Assembly: GCA_028826165.1 (NCBI GenBank)
Contig: JAPDFW010000092.1
Span: 1,054,001-1,118,000 of the forward strand
Direction of reading: 5' to 3'
Origin: Anaeramoeba ignava BMAN
Lineage: Eukaryota; Protista; Anaeramoebae
Length of the DNA: 64,000 nt
The translations under genes and the position numbers were made by a program. Shown in pieces: positions 62,101 to 64,000 of the stretch (the stretch's first letter is position 1; each line of letters opens with the position of its first letter). The notes under the pieces are model-generated. The model saw only the letters and a program-made list of their open reading frames with translations, made no database searches and was not told the DNA's origin.

Positions 62101-64000
62101 CTTCCAAATCAATATTATCAAATCAATGTTTCTGCTTGTTCTTCAAATGGAGAATGTGGAAATATTTCATCAACTTCAGTTACAACTGATAAATTACCTG
62201 CTCCTTCAAATGTTCAATCTTATTCTGAAATTGAACAAATCAAATTAAATTTCACAAAAGTATCTCAAGCAAAATCATATTTAGTTTCAATTGATAATCA
62301 ATCAACTTGGATAAATTTCACAACATTAATTCTAAATGAAAATGAAATTATTGGAACAATTAATGGATTATCTGGAAATGTTGATTATTATATTTCAGTT
62401 AGAGGATGTAGTGATACAAGTTGTGAACCTCAATATCTTGGAGATCAAAGTTCAACAATTACAATTAAACCTAAATTAGGGAATATAACAGGATTAAATT
62501 GTAATTCAACAATTTGTGGATTTGAATGTGAATGGAATAAATTAGAATTATCAGATGGATTAGAAAAATATTCATTAACTTATAATTCAACTCCAATTTG
62601 TTTGGATAAATCATTAACAAGTTATTCAATTTCAGATTTACTTGGAGGAGAAAATTATGAAATTTCAATATTTGCATCTGCTGATTTAAATTGTTCATTT
62701 AATGAATATTCAGGATTATCTTCATCAATTTCAGTTATAACTGATAAATTACCTGCTCCTTCAAATATTCAATCTTATTCTGAAATTGAACAAATCAAAT
62801 TAAATTTCACAAAATTATCTCAAGCAAAATCTTATTTAGTTTCAATTGATAATCAATCAACTTGGATAAATTTCACAACATTAATTCTAAATGAAAATGA
62901 AATTATTGGAACAATTAATGGATTATCTGGAAATGTTGATTATTATATTTCAGTTAGAGGATGCAGTGATACAAATTGTACAGTTGAATATGCAGGATAT
63001 CCAAGTTCAACAATTACAAACAAACCTAAATTAGGGAATATAACAGGATTAAATTGTAATCCAACAATTTGTGGATTTGAATGTGAATGGAATGAATTAG
63101 AATTATCAAATGGATTAGAAAAATATTCATTTACTTATAATTCAACTCCAATTTGTTTGGATAAATCATTAACAAGTTATTCAATTTCAGATTTACTTGG
63201 AGGTGAAAATTATGAAATTTCAATATTTGCATCAGCTGATTCAAATTGTTCATTTAATGAATATTCAGGATTATCTTCATCAACTTCAGTTACAACAAAA
63301 TTACCTGTTCCTTTAATTGAATTAATAAATTGTAGTTCTGGATATTCAGAATTTGAATGTTATTGGAATCAACCTGAAAATAATGTTTCTCTTTATTTTC
63401 AAATTGATTATGGAAATGGTTATACTCAAATTATAAATCCTGTTTTTGATTCATCACAAAATGTTTTCTATCAAGAATTTAATTCATCAATTTATTTAGG
63501 AATTTATGGAAATAAAGAATATTTAATTCAACTTCAAGCTTGTAATTTAACAGAAGATGAATGTGGAGATCCTTCAGAATCAACAACTTTGAAAACAATG
63601 ATTGATTGTGTTGAAGATTTTGAATTAATTGGATTAGCAGATTCTATTAATGTTTCATGGAATCTACCTAATGTAGAAATTATTGAAGAAGTTCCTCATC
63701 TTGATCATTATAAAATAGGTTATTTGTGTGAAAATATGGAAATTCCTGAATATTTGGATGTTGATAATACTTCAACTTCTTATCAAATTACTGAATTGGA
63801 AACTGGAAATGAATGTAATGTTTCAATATGTGCTTGTAGAACACCTTCATGTTCTGGAGATGATGAAGGAGAAGTTGTTCATGATATAGTTCAAGTTGGA
63901 TTTGGGCCTGTTTTAAATCTTAAATGTTTAGTTTCAAATGTTTTAGATGTTAATTGTTCTTGGCTTGCTCCTGAAAGTTCACAATCACCTTCTTATTATA
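59194..64000 (+). CDS. Large secreted/surface protein: signal peptide, two beta-propeller (FG-GAP-like) units, multiple fibronectin-III-like repeats; >1600 aa, continues beyond the window
   Basis: ATG at 59194 gives MANSKQFLFIFALILFLFGLTQT, and no stop was seen to 64000 (which explains its absence from the ORF track). Motifs FGFSVSLS, YGWSVAVS, FGNDVAIS, FGSSVSIS..VVGA, then FN3-like INVSWNLP...YKIGY...YQITELE and YSISDLLGGENYEISIFA. Confidence 0.85.
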   Translation, partial: MANSKQFLFIFALILFLFGLTQTHQAYSSSSSNGLKDSYSWELAQTITSPDSSTTFGFSVSLSPTISVIGDPSKAKVLIYQLEDGNWNSFQNITRSDYPSYGWSVAVSQDGLTTATGSPDNTCFFPYYYDGSNYVYGWLPEEDSDPEIISEGLKGAFTFGSNMAISTYVKTQFVGASDFNYIHIVFGPYEYFDLYGASGEGLGWAVDISENPFVAVASCLSVKKVYIYSVSRSTGFTSIFNITSTLDGFGNDVAISNDGNVVVVAAMESNTVVIYRRSGDNWNEEKVLSVDSSNFGSSVSISEDGNIVVVGANLTDEVYIYSYSNSDWNEEKVLSGASSFGTDVSISGDILLVSAPQSNEVSYFNRTYIPPPPPWGLKQTITSPDSSSTFGFSVSLCPNISVIGDPSKTKALVYQLEDGNWNSFQNITLSYCSSFGWDVSVSEDSFMLFVGAPAMPGATAYYFDGSQYIFGSLPTDEVIYDPPINGLMADPTPYGWSVATSASLKMYLTGKSQSNQVYGRIYPNYFYYPGISGEGLGWAVDISENPSIVVASCFSVKKVSLLSASKVTVSVFTYISDITSTLDGFGNDVAISNDGNVVVVAAMESNTVVIYRRSGDNWNEEKVISVNSSNFGSSVSISEDGNIVVVGANLTDEVYIYSYSNSDWNEEKVLSGASSFGTDVSISGDILLVSAPQSREVSYFNRTYIPPPPLIPPLVELINCSSGYSEFECYWNQPENNVSLYFQSDYGNGYTQIINPVFDLSQNVFYQEFNSSIYLGIYGNKEYLIQLQACNLTEDECGDPSESTTLKTMIDGVEDFELIGLADSINVSWNLPNVEIIEEVPHLDHYKIGYLCENMEIPEYLDVDNTSTSYQITELEARNECNVSICACRTPSCSGDDEGEVVHDIVQVGFGPVLNLKCLVSNVLDVNCSWLTPESSQSPSYYNITYKSNSFEDEEEYQPTQLYQNFTVKLPNQYYQINVSACSSNGECGNISSTSVTTDKLPAPSNVQSYSEIEQIKLNFTKVSQAKSYLVSIDNQSTWINFTTLILNENEIIGTINGLSGNVDYYISVRGCSDTSCEPQYLGDQSSTITIKPKLGNITGLNCNSTICGFECEWNKLELSDGLEKYSLTYNSTPICLDKSLTSYSISDLLGGENYEISIFASADLNCSFNEYSGLSSSISVITDKLPAPSNIQSYSEIEQIKLNFTKLSQAKSYLVSIDNQSTWINFTTLILNENEIIGTINGLSGNVDYYISVRGCSDTNCTVEYAGYPSSTITNKPKLGNITGLNCNPTICGFECEWNELELSNGLEKYSFTYNSTPICLDKSLTSYSISDLLGGENYEISIFASADSNCSFNEYSGLSSSTSVTTKLPVPLIELINCSSGYSEFECYWNQPENNVSLYFQIDYGNGYTQIINPVFDSSQNVFYQEFNSSIYLGIYGNKEYLIQLQACNLTEDECGDPSESTTLKTMIDCVEDFELIGLADSINVSWNLPNVEIIEEVPHLDHYKIGYLCENMEIPEYLDVDNTSTSYQITELETGNECNVSICACRTPSCSGDDEGEVVHDIVQVGFGPVLNLKCLVSNVLDVNCSWLAPESSQSPSYY

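Overview
Very AT-rich, gene-dense eukaryotic nuclear DNA using the standard code. It has GT-AG introns, many inflated by micro/minisatellites, and NQ/NE low-complexity protein tracts. The RCC1-BTB and BTB-TLDc expansions, the repeat style and a nuclear intein suggest an anaerobic protist of the Anaeramoeba type (inference only). About 18 genes, in order: CCCH/NQ protein (runs off the left end), three tandem RCC1-BTB genes, a satellite-flanked BTB-TLDc gene followed by an RCC1-BTB 3' fragment, MTHFR, a HAP2/GCS1-like gene, actin-like, Rho GTPase, SMC1, NBP35, CNOT4-like, tandem DH-PH RhoGEF, TOM1/GPR137-like membrane protein, Abraxas-like, guanine deaminase, Ubl/beta-helix protein, listerin (LTN1), and a large propeller/FN3 surface protein (runs off the right end). 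Two highlights. (1) A 359-aa intein is inserted in the Walker A motif of cohesin SMC1 (GPNGSGK|C...HN|S); it has a decayed LAGLIDADG endonuclease and an AP2-like insert. (2) A divergent, apparently secreted HAP2/GCS1 fusexin homologue consists of domains I+II only, with a collapsed fusion loop and no domain III or membrane anchor. Many frameshifts sit in homopolymers or repeats and probably reflect long-read consensus errors. Most short ORFs in the track are microsatellite artefacts. Exon boundaries were read by eye, and family calls rest on recalled motifs, not database searches.
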